Below are positions 1 through 13,981 of a stretch of DNA of 64,000 bases, piece after piece. The DNA is from Anaeramoeba ignava BMAN. Taxonomy: Eukaryota > Protista > Anaeramoebae. The notes beneath the pieces are model-generated. The model made no database searches and was not told where the DNA came from. It saw nothing but the letters and a program-made list of their open reading frames with translations. The position numbers and the translations under genes are program-made. Position 1 is the first letter of the stretch, and the number at the start of each line of letters is the position of its first letter. Where the stretch lies: NCBI GenBank assembly GCA_028826165.1, contig JAPDFW010000101.1, positions 167,450 through 231,449 of the forward strand, in the 5' to 3' direction.

Positions 1-3000
1 AATTATTCAGAAAATTATTCAGAACAAAATTATCAAACAATAAATCAAAACCAAAATCAAAATCAAAATGAATTTGAAAATGAAAATGAATTCGAAAATG
101 AAAACAAAAAAAGCAAAAACAAAAATTCTCCAAAAAAAGAAATTAAATCTTCAAATAAAAAAAACCTAAAAAATACAGCAGAAGAAGAACAAAACTCAAT
201 TTATCAAAATGAAAGTGATCCTGTTCATCCAAAAAGATTTCCAATAAGAGTTCTTTCCAAAGAGAAAAATTTCCACACTCTTTTTGATTTATTAAATCTT
301 CCAGCAAAAATTTCAGAATCTTTATGGAATTTAATTATCAAACTTCCAACAAATGCAAAAATATTCCTGAAATTTAACAAAATTTCTTCAGAAATTCAAG
401 ATGAATATTTATTTTTCCAAGAAGAAAAGACATATCAATTATTGAAAACAGAACATGTATCTGCAAAGGCAAAAGAACTATTCAAAGTTATCCATTTAGA
501 TTGGGATGAAGTTTTAAATCCGAAAAAAGGATGGTTCAGTTTCTATTATTCTTTGCAAATTATAGAAGCATTAATGGTTCGTGGAATAAAAACACAACAA
601 CAAAACGCAGGTTTTTTCAATGAGAAAAACATCAAGAACGATGAATTTTGCACAAAATTCATTTCCAAAAGAGGGCATGTTCAATTACTTTCTGCTTTTA
701 TTACGTTTTGTAATGATATTGCGAATGTCCAAGAACAAAGTGATTCTCAATCCTTTATCGAGAACCATCTTTATATTTTCCCGATCATAACAGTTTTATT
801 GAATGTTCTTGAGTTTACTTCATCAGGAGATTACTTTGATTTCAAATCAATCCCAGAAATGCATCTTAATGAAGAAGTATTTGCGCAAATGATGTTGAAT
901 GATAAACAGCTTCCAAAGGAAATTCTTGTTGCCATTCATAAATTATTGAGTTCATTGCCTCAAATCTCAATTTGGGAAAAAATACCTTTTGAATCAGTTG
1001 ATGATATTAATTATGTTTGTAATGGTGCATGTGGATTATATATTCTTTTGATAACCCGTTTTCCTGATTTGTTTGAATATTCAATGTCCCAAATTCCTTC
1101 ATTCCAAAAATGGATTATGCAAATTTTATTAGCGCAAAAAAATCCACTTATTAGACGTTCAATCATAAATTTCCTTTTCATTCTCGCAACCAAAACAAAT
1201 CTAGATTCAAGAAATATTCGTTCTTTACTTCGAGAGAGTGAGCAAAATTCACAAGTTGAATTGAAATCAAAGAATATTGTTTGTTATGGAAAGAATATTC
1301 CAATGAAGTTCATTTTCCATCACACAGCTGGTTTACTTTCTCAAATTCATCAATTTGAAATTACTTGTGAAGAATATTTCTCAATGATTGTTCGTTTTAT
1401 TGAATATATTCAAAAAAATCCTCATCAAAATTTCGAGAAAGAAGATGAAAATGATTCAAAAAAGAAAAACAAAAATAAAAAGGAAAATAAAAACAAAAAG
1501 GAAAATAAACAGGAAATGAATATATTTATTAATTATGAAATTGAGGAAGAATCACAAAACCAAAAAGATTCAGTGAATCAAATTCCTTCGATTGATTTGA
1601 ACCAAATTTTAGAGGATTATGATCCTCAACTAATTGATTTTCTTGTGAATCGAGTGAAAGAAAAACAAGTCATCGAAACGAAGAAAATTCAAGACAATAT
1701 TCTATATGGATTTCTTCAATTAATAAAGCAAATTTTGCAGAGTTATCCTGAAGAAAAACAAACACGAATTGGAATTCAGCTTGGATTTATTGATGAACTA
1801 TTAAATACTTGTCTTTTTTCCTTTTTTTCCAACAAGAAACCGAAATGCAAACATCCTTTAACAAGAACTTTAGCAATGGATTTGATTGCTTGTCTTATCA
1901 ACAATAATCCACAAAACACTCAATTTTTATTTAAATTTCTTACATTACAAGCTAAGCATATCCAGCCAACAAAAGATTGGATTTATGGATTTAAATCTGA
2001 CAATGAGGAAGAGTTCCAAAGTAAATATGTTGGATTGAAAAATCAAGGAGCAACATGTTATATGAATTCAATTTTGCAACAACTGTTTTTTACTCCAGAA
2101 TTTCGCAGATATTTTCTTGATGTTCGCAAAAAACATCCTTTATTTTCAAGTTTTGCTAAAGACGATAAACTTCAATCAACTTTTAGCTCCAAAAAGGATC
2201 TTATGAAAAAAAATGAATTACCCAAAATTGAAAATGATTCTTCAATAAAAAAACCAACAAAAGAAGAAGAGCTTAAAGAAGCAAATGAAGTTTTTGTTAA
2301 TTTGCAAACTATATTTGCTTTTCTTCAAGAATCAGAATCAATATATTATGATCCAATGCATTTCTGCAAAGTTTTCAAAGATCCAACAACAAAAAAACCC
2401 ATAAATGTTCATCAACAACAAGATGCAAATGAATTTTTAAATGTTTTACTTGAAAAAATTGAGAAAAGTTTAGCAAATACAAACAAACGTTATTTATTGA
2501 ATCAAGTTTTTGGAGGAGAATTAATTCATCAAGTTATTTGTAATAATCATTTTCATTCGTCACAAAGAATTGAACCCTTTTTCACAATTGATGTACAAGT
2601 AAAAAATCAGAGGAAATTGGAGGATTCTTTAAATACTTTTGTTCAAAATGATTTATTAAATGGAGATAATCAATATTTTTGTTCTGCATGCAATGAAAAA
2701 ACAGATGCTTTAAAAAATTGTTGTATCAAAAAGTTACCAAATATATTGATAATTCATCTTAAAAGATTTGAGTTTGATTTTGAAAGGATGGAAAATATAA
2801 AAGTTGATACACGTTTTGAATTTCCAAAAGAATTAAATATGAAGCCTTATACATTAGAAGCATTAAATTTACATTTAAATGAAAATGAGAAACAAAATGA
2901 AAAACAAAATCAAAATGAAAAACAAAATCAAAATCAAAATGAAAAACAAAAACAAAATCAAAATGAAAATGAAAAACAAAATCAAAATCAAAATCAAAAT

Positions 3001-5502
3001 CAAAATCAAAATGAAAATGAAAATGAAAAACAAAAACAAAATCAAAATCAAAATGAAAGTGAAAGTGATTTATTTAAATCTGACTCAAGTTTATTTCAAA
3101 GTAATTTAATCGAAAATGAAAATGAAAATGAAAATGAAAATGAAAATGAAAATAATGATGATGAAATTAAAAATCAGTTTGAAGAAACTGTAGAAAATGA
3201 TATGATAAACAATATCTTTGATCAATCAAATGAAAATGAAAAAGAAAATGAAAAAGAAAATGAAAAAGAAAATGAAAAAGAAAATGAAAAGAAAAATGAA
3301 AATGAAAATGAAAATGAAAATCAAAATCAAAATCAAAATGAAAAAGAAAATGAAAATGAAAAAGAAAATGAAAATCAAAATCAAAATCAAAATCAAAATC
3401 AAAATCAAAATCAAAATGAAAAATCTAAAGAATATTACGAATATGAATTGGTTGGTGTTGTTGTTCATTCAGGTTCTTCAAATTATGGACATTATTATTC
3501 TTATATTGATGTTGCACCAAGTGAAGAAACATTTTTAATAGAAAATGAAAATGATAATGAAATTGAAATTGAAAATCAAATTGAAAATCAAAATCAAAAT
3601 CAAAATTTGAAAAAAAAACAAGAGCAAAATATTAATATTGAAAAAGATGAAAGTGTTGGAAATGATTTATTTAATTTATTAAAAAGTGAACCAGAAACAA
3701 CAACTAAATCACATGATTTATTTGAAAATTCACAAAATTTAGAAGCAAATCAAAAATTCAAACAAAATCCAAAAAAAGCAAATTGGAAAGAATTTAATGA
3801 TACAAGAGTATCTGATTTCAATTTAAAAAATTTAGAGAAGGAAACATTTGGAGATTGGGAAGATAATAGTAGAAATCAAATACGCCATCGAAGATTCAAT
3901 GCTTATATGCTATTTTATCGAAGAAAAAAAATACAAATTGAGTTTAAAGAAGAAGAAAAATCAGAAGAAAAATCAGAAGAAAATTTAAAAGATATTCAAG
4001 ATGTAATTGAACAAATCCAAGTCAAAAATAATTTCCAAAAATTAGAGGAAGATGTTTACGATTATACATATGCAAATTTTATATGGAAAATGATTGAACA
4101 AGATCATTCATGGATGTCAAGAATGGATTCTTTTGAAAATTCAATGCAAACAAAACCAGAACAATTAACTTTAGTTAAGTTTTCAACAATATTTTGTTTG
4201 AATGTAATTTCTCGAGCTCATGATGCAGCTAAATTTACAGAATGGACAAAACAATTAGAAGTTATTTATCATAATTGGGAAATTGCGAGTAAATGGTTTA
4301 TTTATAAAATTCTTACTTCAAAATGGTGGAAAAGTTTCTTAATTGAATGTCCTTTTTCTCAAATGAAAGATTCTTTTGTTAATTTACTTCTTGAAGTTTT
4401 TAAATCTGTTCATCATTCGGATAAAAATATTTATAATGATTTTATTTCTTTATCTGAATTCCAAAGTGATTTGAAAAGTTTTGGTGAAAATGAAGAAATT
4501 TTGAATAAAGATTTTGATTCAAATGAATTGATTGCAAAATCGATTTTGATTCAACTTATAAACAAAATGATAGGAAATGTAAGCAAATTTAAATTAAAAA
4601 TTAAAAATTTGAATTAAAAATTAAAAAAATTAATTTGATTTGAATTGATTTTAATTGATTTGAATTGATTGTTTTTTTTTTAGGTTCAAAAATATATTAA
4701 AGTTGGAATACTTCCTCATCATTATTTACAAGTAATTGAAAATTTTGCTTCACTTGGAAAAGAAGAAATTATTTATCTTTTTTCAGAAAAAACACTAGAA
4801 ATATTATTTCAATTATTTAATACAAAATGTATGAATGTTCTTTATGAACAAAGAATGCTTGATCATCAAAAGAAAGGATTTTCAATTGAATCGAATAAAT
4901 ATGAAACAGTTGAATCAGTAAAACCAATTCATTTTAAATCAATAGTTGAAATTGTGAGATTAATTATTAGTGGAATTATTTTAAATCAAAATGAAAATCA
5001 AAATCAAATTGAAAATGAAAATGAAAATCAAAATCAAAATCAAAATCAAAATCAAATTACACTCCAATTTTTCAAAAAATATAAGGATTTCTTTATTAAT
5101 ATTATTAACCAAAATGTTAATAATAATTCAATTATTCGTTTGATTCATTCTCTAAATTCAACTAATCAAGAAATAACTGAATTTTTTGAAGAAATTTGTT
5201 TTAATGAATTACATTCAAAACGATTAAGTGATATTAATATTGAATCTTTTACTGATATTCTTTTTGGAATTTTAAGAATTGAAGAGGATGATAATTTAAA
5301 ACAAACTCAAAAAATTATGAATAAATTAGCTCAAACAGTTATAGATATAACTTATAATCAAGGTTATGCAAAAATTTTATTTAAAAAAATTATTAATGAA
5401 GCTAAAACTCATCCAAATGCAAAGAAATATATTTTGCAAAACCCTGATTTATGGTCTTCAATTGGAAGTCAACTTGGAGCAAATTTAAAATTAAGGAAAT
5501 AA
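1..5502 (+). CDS. Ubiquitin-specific protease, USP9X/USP24/USP34-like (5'-truncated); exons <1..4578, 4684..5502
   Basis: Cys box VGLKNQGATCYMNSILQQLF, QQDANEF, LIIHLKRFEFD, His box GVVVHSGSSNYGHYYSYI, WKEFND. Frame is open back to base 1. A phase-0 GTAAGC..TAG intron at 4579-4683 joins the 4831 ORF in frame. Confidence 0.9.
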
Positions 5503-5543
5503 TTTTTTAATTTAAATTTTTTAATTTTAATTTTAAATTGATT

Positions 5544-6964
5544 TTAATTTAATTTTTTTTCAAAATGTTTTGCTGATCTTTGACAACAAATTACAAGTTC
5601 ATTTCCATCTAAAGAAAAAGCAGAAGAAACAAAATTATCTGAAAATTTCTTTTCTAAAAAAATATCAAATTTTTTCTTAATAAAAATTTCTAATTTCATT
5701 TTGTTTAAACTTTCATTTTTTTGAAAGTGAAATTTTTGATTTGATTCTGAAAGTTTTTTTTCTTTTTGAAAAATAAGTTCAAAAATAGTAACAATAAAAG
5801 GAGAAGTTTGAATAGAAAGGAATTTATGATCAAAACTTAATCCAATTGTTTTTAAACAATCAAAATCACTTTTTTCTTCTTGATAAATTTTTTGTTTGAA
5901 TTTTAATTGCTTTTTAAAAACGTCCCAAATATAAATTGAATCAAAAGATGAAAATAGAACCAAATTCTTTTGAATCCAATGAAGGTTTTCTTTGAAAAAT
6001 TTGATTAAAAAATTAATTTGTAAAAAATTGTTGTTGAATTTGTTTTTGTTTTGATAAAAAATATAGAATGAAAAAGTAATAGAAATGAGTAAGTAAATAA
6101 TAAGGAAAAAATAAGATTATATAAAGATGTGTTTAAATTACGAATAGGATTTTCTAATTGTAATTGAATTTCAGGCGAAATTTTAGAATCAGAAGAAAAA
6201 GTAAAAAAATCTGTATTCCAAAGAATTAATTGTCCATAAGAATCGCCAGTAACAAAATAGGATTTTGATATAATATTTTCTGTATCTGAAGATTTTGGAT
6301 TATTTAAAGAAACTTTATCTTTGTTTAATTTAGGATTATTGTATTCAATCCAACAAATTGAAGTGAAAAAAATATTTTGAGACAAAAATTTATGTTTTAA
6401 TTGATCATCAAGTTTATCAAGATCTAAATAATAACTGAGCTGCATTGAACATAGATCCCACAAGCAGATTACGCCCTCTTTAGAACAAGAGAGCAAAGTG
6501 TCTTTAGCTTTTAATTTTTTGTTATTTTTGAATTGTATTTCTATATTTGAATTCCAGTAGATAATTGAAGTTATTTCTTCTTTATGTCTTGAAAGTACAT
6601 TTATAACCTTTTTCTCTGTTATGCTAACAATCTGTATATTTGGCTCTTCACCCCCTAATGCTATCAGGATATCTTGATATTTTGATAGACTTTCATTTGA
6701 ACTTGGACAAATGAAAATTCCTTTTGTTAAATTTTTGCCAAGAGAAAAAGGTAAGTTTTCGTAATTTCGAAATCGTGAAAAAAGTGTGAAGTTCTCGTTC
6801 TCTTTGTTTGTATAGAATAAAAGTGATTGTGTTGATCCTGTTATTAAAAAAAGATGTGCTCCAAATTCAGATATTTGATTAAAACAAATGGAAATTTTTG
6901 GACTTGAATTTTTATGAATTATTTTGTGTTTTTCTTGGAAAATTATTTCTTTATTATTTTCCAT
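5544..6964 (-). CDS. WD40-repeat protein, with a probable 1-nt frameshift around 6050-6100
   Basis: WD motifs LSRHKEEITSI..LLSCSKEGVICLWD, FVTGDSYGQLILWN, SSFDSIYIWD. The two ORFs overlap in different frames, and no obvious GT-AG intron lies between them. Confidence 0.7.
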
Positions 6965-7029
6965 TCTTTTTAATTCTGAATTATAAATTTAAAAGAAAAT
7001 TAAAAATGTGTAAATAAAAAAATGAAAAT

Positions 7030-8870
7030 ATAAAATATTTTAAAAATGAAATTAAAATAATTAAAATATAAATTAATAATAAAATATCAATAATTTATTT
7101 ATTTATATAAATATCTAAACATTTCATAAGTAATATATAAATCAAAATAATATTTAAATAATTAAATAATTAAATAATAAAAATGTAAAATATTTTAATA
7201 AAGAAATAAAAATAATTTAAATATAAATTAATAATAAAATATCAATATTTTATTTATTTATATAAATATCTAAACATTTAATAAGTAATATATAAATCAA
7301 AATATATTTAAATAATTAAATAATTAAATAATAAAAATATAAAATATTTTAATAAAAGAAATTAAAATAATTAAAATATAAATTAATAATAAAATATCAA
7401 TAATTTATTTATTTATATAAATATCTAAACATTTAATAAGTAATATATAAATCAAAACATATTTAAATAATTAAATAATTAAATAATAAAATGTAAAATA
7501 TTTTAATAAAGAAATTAAAATAATTTAAATAGAAATTAATAATAAAATATCAATAATTTATTTATTTATATAAATATCTAAACATTTAATAATTAAATAA
7601 TTAAATAATAAAAATGTAAAATATTTTAAAAATGAAATTAAAATAATTTAAATATAAATTAATAATAAAATATCAATATTTTATTTATTTATATAAATAT
7701 CTAAACATTTAATAAGTAATATATAAATCAAAACATACTTAAATAATTAAATAATTAAAAAATAAAAATGTAAAATATTTAAATAAAGAAATTATAAATT
7801 AAAATAGAAATTAATAATAAAATATCAATATTTTATTTATTTATATAAATATCTAAACATTTAATAAGTAATATATAAATCAAAACATATTTAAATAATT
7901 AAATAATTAAAAATAAAAATGTAAAATATTTTAATAAAGAAATTAAAATAATTAAAATATAAATTAATAATAAAATATCAATATTTTATTTATTTATATA
8001 AATATCTAAACATTTAATAAGTAATATATAAATCAAAAACATATTTAAATAATTAAATAATTAAAAATAAAAATGTAAAATATTTTAATAAAGAAATTAA
8101 AATAATTAAAATAGAAATTAATAATAAAATATCAATAATTTATTTATTTATAAATATCTAAAACATTTCATAAAATAATTTAAAATAATTAAATAAATAA
8201 AAAAATATAAAATATTTTATTTAAGAAATTAAAATAATTAAAATATAAAATAATATTTTATTTATTTATATAAATATCTAAACATTTAATAAGTAATATA
8301 TAAATCAAAGTATATTTAATTATTTAAATAATTAAATAATAAAAATGTAAAATATTTTAATAAAGAAATTAAAATAATTAAAATATAAATTAATAATAAA
8401 ATATCAATAATTTTATTTATTTATATAAATATCTAAACATTTAATAAGTAATATATAAATCAAAATATATTTAAATATTTAAATAATTAAATAATAAAAA
8501 TGTAAAATATTTTTAAAAAATTTTAAAATAAAAAGAAAATTAAAAATAAAAAAATTAATAAGTAATATAAAATATCAATATTTTATTTATTTATATAAAT
8601 ATCTAAACATCAATAATTTATTTATTTATAGTAATATATAAATCAAATATTTAATTATTTTTAAATAATTAAATAGTAAAATGTAAAATATTTTAATAAA
8701 GAAATTAAAATAATTAAAATATAAATTAATAATAAAAATATAAAATAATTTTAATAAAGAAATAAAAATATATAAATATCTAAAATTTAATAATAAAATA
8801 TCAATATTTTATTTATTTATATAAATATCTAAACATTTAATAAGTAATATATAAATCAAAATATATTAAT
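7030..8870. repeat. AT-rich tandem repeat, ~154-bp unit, ~12 copies
   Basis: Marker ATATCTAAAC recurs at ~7111, 7266, 7420, 7574, 7697, 7849, 8002, 8154, 8274, 8429, 8599, 8825. Confidence 0.85.
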
Positions 8871-8981
8871 TTTGGAATAAGAATTTTTTTAAAAAAATTT
8901 AAAAATCATTTTTTTTTCATTAATTTTTTTTCAAAAAGAAAAAGAAAAATAAACAGAAAAAAACAAAGAAAAATAAATAAA

Positions 8982-11900
8982 ATGGAAGAAAAAAAGAATA
9001 AAATTGGAGGATGGTTTAAAATACATCAATTAGTAAAAGAAGGAAATTTAGAAGAATTAAAAGAAGAATTAAAAAAACCAGAAACTAACGTTAATGCACA
9101 GAAAGCTGATGGATGGACTCCTTCTCATTTAGCCGCTTTAAATGACCGTTTAGATTGTCTTGTTGAGCTTGTTCGTTATGGCGCTAATCTTCATATTCAA
9201 GATAAAATTGGAAAAACTCCTTATTCTCTTGCTCTTTCTCAAAATAATTTTTGTTTAAAATTTATTCTTGTAAATTTTGCCTTTTTTCTTTTTGGAAAAA
9301 AAAATTTTTTTATATCAAACTTATTCAATTAAATTTATTTCGAACTTATTCAATTAAATTAATAATTAAATTTATATTAAAATTTATATTAAAATTTATA
9401 ATTAAATTTATAATAAAATTTATATTAATATTTATTTCAAAATTTATTTCAAAATTTATTTCAATATTTATTTCAATATTTATATTAAAATTTATATTAA
9501 AATTTATTTTAAAATTTATTTTAAAATTTATTTCAAAATTTATATCAAAATTTATATTAAAATTTATATTAATATTTATTTTAAAATTTATATTAAAATT
9601 TATATTAAAATTTATTTCAAAATTTATTTAATATTTATTTCAATATATCAATATTTATTTTAAAATTTATTTCAAAATTTATTTCAAAATTTATTTTAAA
9701 ATTTATATTAATATTTATATTAAAATTTATATTTCAATATTTATTTAATATTTATTTTCAATATTTATTTCAAAATTTATATTAAAATTTATTTCAAAAT
9801 TTATTTCAATATTTATATTAAAATTTATTTCAATATTTATTCAAAATTTATTTCAATATTTATTTCAAAATTTATTTCAAAATTTATATTAAAATTTATT
9901 TCAATATTTATTCCAATATTTATTTCAAAATTTATATTAAAATTTATTTCAAAATTTATTTCAATATTTATTTCAATATTTATTTCAATATTTATTTCAA
10001 AATTTATTTTAATATTTATTTTAATATTATATTAAAATTTATTTTAAAATTTATTTCAATATTTTATTAATATTTATTTTAAAATTTATTTCAATATTTA
10101 TTTCAATATTTATTTATTTAATATTTATTTCAATATTTATTTCAATATTTATTTCAATATTTATATTAAAAATTTATTTCAAAATTTATTTCAATATTTA
10201 TATTAAAATTTATTTCAATATTTATATTAAAATTTATTTTCAAAATTTATTTCAATATTTATATTAAAATTTATTTCCAAAATTTATTTCAAAATTTATA
10301 TTAAAATTTATATTAATATTTATTTCAATATTTATATCAAAATTTATATTAAAATTTATTTCAAAATTTATATTAATATTTATTTCAAAATTTAATTAAT
10401 ATTTATTTCAATATTTATATCAAAATTTATATCAAAAATTTATATTAAAATTTATATTAATATTTATTTCAATATTTTATTAAAATTTATTTCAAAATTT
10501 ATTTAAAATTTATATTAAAATTTATTTCAAAATTTATTTCAATATTTATATTAATATTTATTTCAAAATTTATTTCAAAATTTATATTAAAATTTATTTC
10601 AAAATTTATATTAAAATTTATATTAAAAATTTATATCAATATTTATATTTAAATTTATTTCAAAATTTATTTCAAAATTTATTTCAATATTTATATCAAT
10701 ATTTATTTCAAAATTTATTTCAATATTTATTTCAAAATTTATTTTAAAATTTATTTTAAAATTTATTTCAATATTTATATTAAAAATTAAAATTTATATC
10801 AAAATTTATATTAAAATTTATTTCAATATTTATATAAAATTTATTTCAATATTTTATTAAAATTTATTTTCAAAATTTATTTCAATATTTATTTCAATAT
10901 TTATTTCAATATTTATTTCAATATTTATATTAAAATTTATTTCAATATTTATTTCAAAATTTATATTAATATTTATTTCAATATTTATTTCAAAATTTAT
11001 TTCAATATTTATATTAAAATTTATTTCAAAATTATATTAAAATTATAATTTATATTAAAATTTATATCAATATTTATATTAAAATTTATATTAAAATTTA
11101 TATTAAAATTTATTTCAATTTATTTATTTCAAAATTTATATTAAAATTTATTTCAATATTTATTTCAAAATTTATATTAAAATTTATATTAAAATTTATT
11201 TCAATATTTATTTCAATATTTATAATCAATATTTATATCAATATTTATTTCAAAATTTATTTCAATATTTATATCAAAATTTATATTAAAATTTATATTA
11301 AAATTAATATTAAAATTTATTTCAATATTTATTTCAATATTTATTTCAATATTTATTTCAATATTTATATCAATATTTATATTAAAATTTATATTAAAAT
11401 TTATATTAAAATTTATATTAAAATTTATATTAAAATTTATATTAAAATTTATATCAAAATTTATATTAATATTTATAATAAAATTTATAATCAAAATTGA
11501 TATTAAAAATTTATTTCAATATTTATATTAATATTTATATTAAAATTTATATTAAAATTTATTTCAATATTTATTTCAATATTTATTTTAAAATTTTTAT
11601 TAAACTTATTTCAATATTTATTTTAATATTTATTTCAAAATTTATATTAATATTTATTTCAAAATTTATATCAAAATTTATTTCAAAATTTATATTAAAA
11701 TTTATATCAAAATTTATATCAATATTTATATCAAAAATTTATATCAATATTTATTTCAAAATTTATTTCAATATTATTTCAAAATTTATTTCAATATTTA
11801 TTTCAATATTTATTTCAAATTTATATTAAAATTTATATTAATATTTATATTAAAATTTATATTAAAATTTATATCAATATTTATATTAAAATTTATATCA

Positions 11901-13874
11901 AAATTTATATTAAAATTTATATTAAAATTTATATTAAAATTTATATTAATATTTATATCAATATTTATTTCAAAATTTATTTCAAAATTTATTTCAATAT
12001 TTATTTCAATATTTATTTCAAAATTTATATCAAAATTTATATTAAAATTTATATCAAAATTTATATTAAAATTTATATTAATATTTATTTCAATATTTAT
12101 TTCAATATTTATTTCAATATTTATTTCAAAATTTATATCAATATTTATATCAAAATTTATTTCAATATTTATATTAAAATTTATATTAAAATTTAAATCA
12201 AAATTTATATCAAAATATTTAAAATAGGAAAATATGACACTCTCAGAAACATTTGAAAAAATTAAATCAGGAGAAGAAATTGAAATGACAAAAGAAGAAT
12301 TAGAAGAAAGAGATCAAGAAGGAGCTAGTATTTTACACATGGCATGTATTTTTGGAAGATACGAATTAATAGGGAAATTAATAGGAAAAGGAATACAAGT
12401 AAATGATCGTGACAAGCATGAAAATACAGGGATACATCATAGCTGTGTATATGGATATCGGGAAATAGTATCTTTATTAGCTGGCGTTGGAGGAGAAATT
12501 GATGCAATAAATAGCAAAAACATGACACCTTTACTTTTAAGTTGCCGATTTGGATTTGCTGATGTTGTCAAGTTATTGATTCAAAAAGGAGCAGATTTGA
12601 AAAAAACAAGCAAAAATTTGACAAATGCAATTCATTATTCATGTTTCAACGGAAACGAAAATTGTGCACAAATTCTTTTGCAAACAAAAACAGCCGTTGA
12701 AATGATTAATTCGCAAAGAGTTGATGGTAAAACACCTGCTCATTTGGCTGCTCAACATGGACATCTCAAATCACTGCAAATACTCTGTTCATTCGGTGCA
12801 GATCTATCAATTGAGGATAAAAATTCTGATACTCCGTTTACTTTGGCAGCTTTAAACAAACAAAAAGAGATTATTAAATGGATATTGCGAACGAGAGAAT
12901 CTGTCTATCAAAGTCAATCTAAACAGTCTCTAATTCATTTGTTTGTTAATTCGAATGACTTTGACATGCTCAAACTTCTTCTTTCAAGTTCCCGTTTTGA
13001 TGTCAATGTCAAAGATAAAGATGGAAATTCACCAGCTCATTTGGCTTGTAAAAATTCTGCTTATGAATCTCTTGTTTTATTGTTAAAATTTGGTTGTGAT
13101 ATTCATACTAAAAATAATGAAAATAAATTTCCAAAAGATTTGTGCACTGATTTTAAATGTTCTGATTTGATTTCTGTAAATTTAATTTAATTCAATTTAA
13201 TTTAATTTTGAAAATTTCATGTTAAAAAATTTTTATTTTCATTTTGAAAAATTTCTTCAAACAAGAAAGCAGAAAATCATAAACTTTTCCCTTCTAGAGT
13301 TCAACAATTCGAATGCACTTCTCGAAAATCAACAGCATTAACATTAGTTTGGTCACAACCACGTTCACTTGAAAAAATATCATCTTATTTAATTGAATTA
13401 AAATCAGAAAATGGTCCAATTATATCCAAACTTCTGAAATCAAAAACACATGATATCACTGTGAGAAGACTTCTTCCCAACACATTGTATTCATTCAAAA
13501 TTCGAGCTCAAAATGAATTTGGAATGGGTGAATGGTCGAAAAAACTATTATCATGTCAAACAGGTTCACCAACAGTTCCTGATACAATTGTTGAGATTTT
13601 TCTCAAATCAAGAAATGAAGACTCTCTTATTATCACTTGGACTCCTCCTGAAGATAATGGAGACCAAATTACAGAATATGAATTTGAAATTACAAATGTT
13701 TCTAAAGGCTCTTCTAATATTCATAAATCAAATAGTTCATTACCTCAATTTTGTTTTCAAAATTTAAATCCTGATACTGAATATCTTATTAGAGTTCGTT
13801 CAAAAAATGCAATTGGTTGGAGTCAATGGTGTATGGAAGAATCTTTTAGAACAAAACTTCCTTCAAAAAATTGA
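8982..13874 (+). CDS. Ankyrin-repeat protein with two C-terminal fibronectin type III domains; exons 8982..9269, 12228..13175, 13266..13874
   Basis: Ankyrin motifs [33 protein letters not shown]3 motifs [23 protein letters not shown] and [22 protein letters not shown]. Both introns are phase 0 with GTAAAT donors and keep the frame. Confidence 0.85.
9340..12215. repeat. Intronic 12-bp satellite (AAAATTTATATT / AATATTTATTTC variants)
   Basis: Continuous 12-mer array inside intron 9270-12227, almost without G on the sense strand. Confidence 0.9.
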
Positions 13875-13981
13875 ATTTTGTGGAATTTGATTTTTTTTTT
13901 AAATAAACAAATTGAAATTATTTCTTTCTTGTTAAAGTTGTTTTTTTATTATTATTTTTTTTTTTTTAAAAAATTAAAAAG

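Noticed and set aside
2020-3920. Intein within the USP domain or other genes
   Set aside because: The inserts are low-complexity. No Hint blocks, C-terminal HN-[CST] junction or LAGLIDADG motif was recognised.
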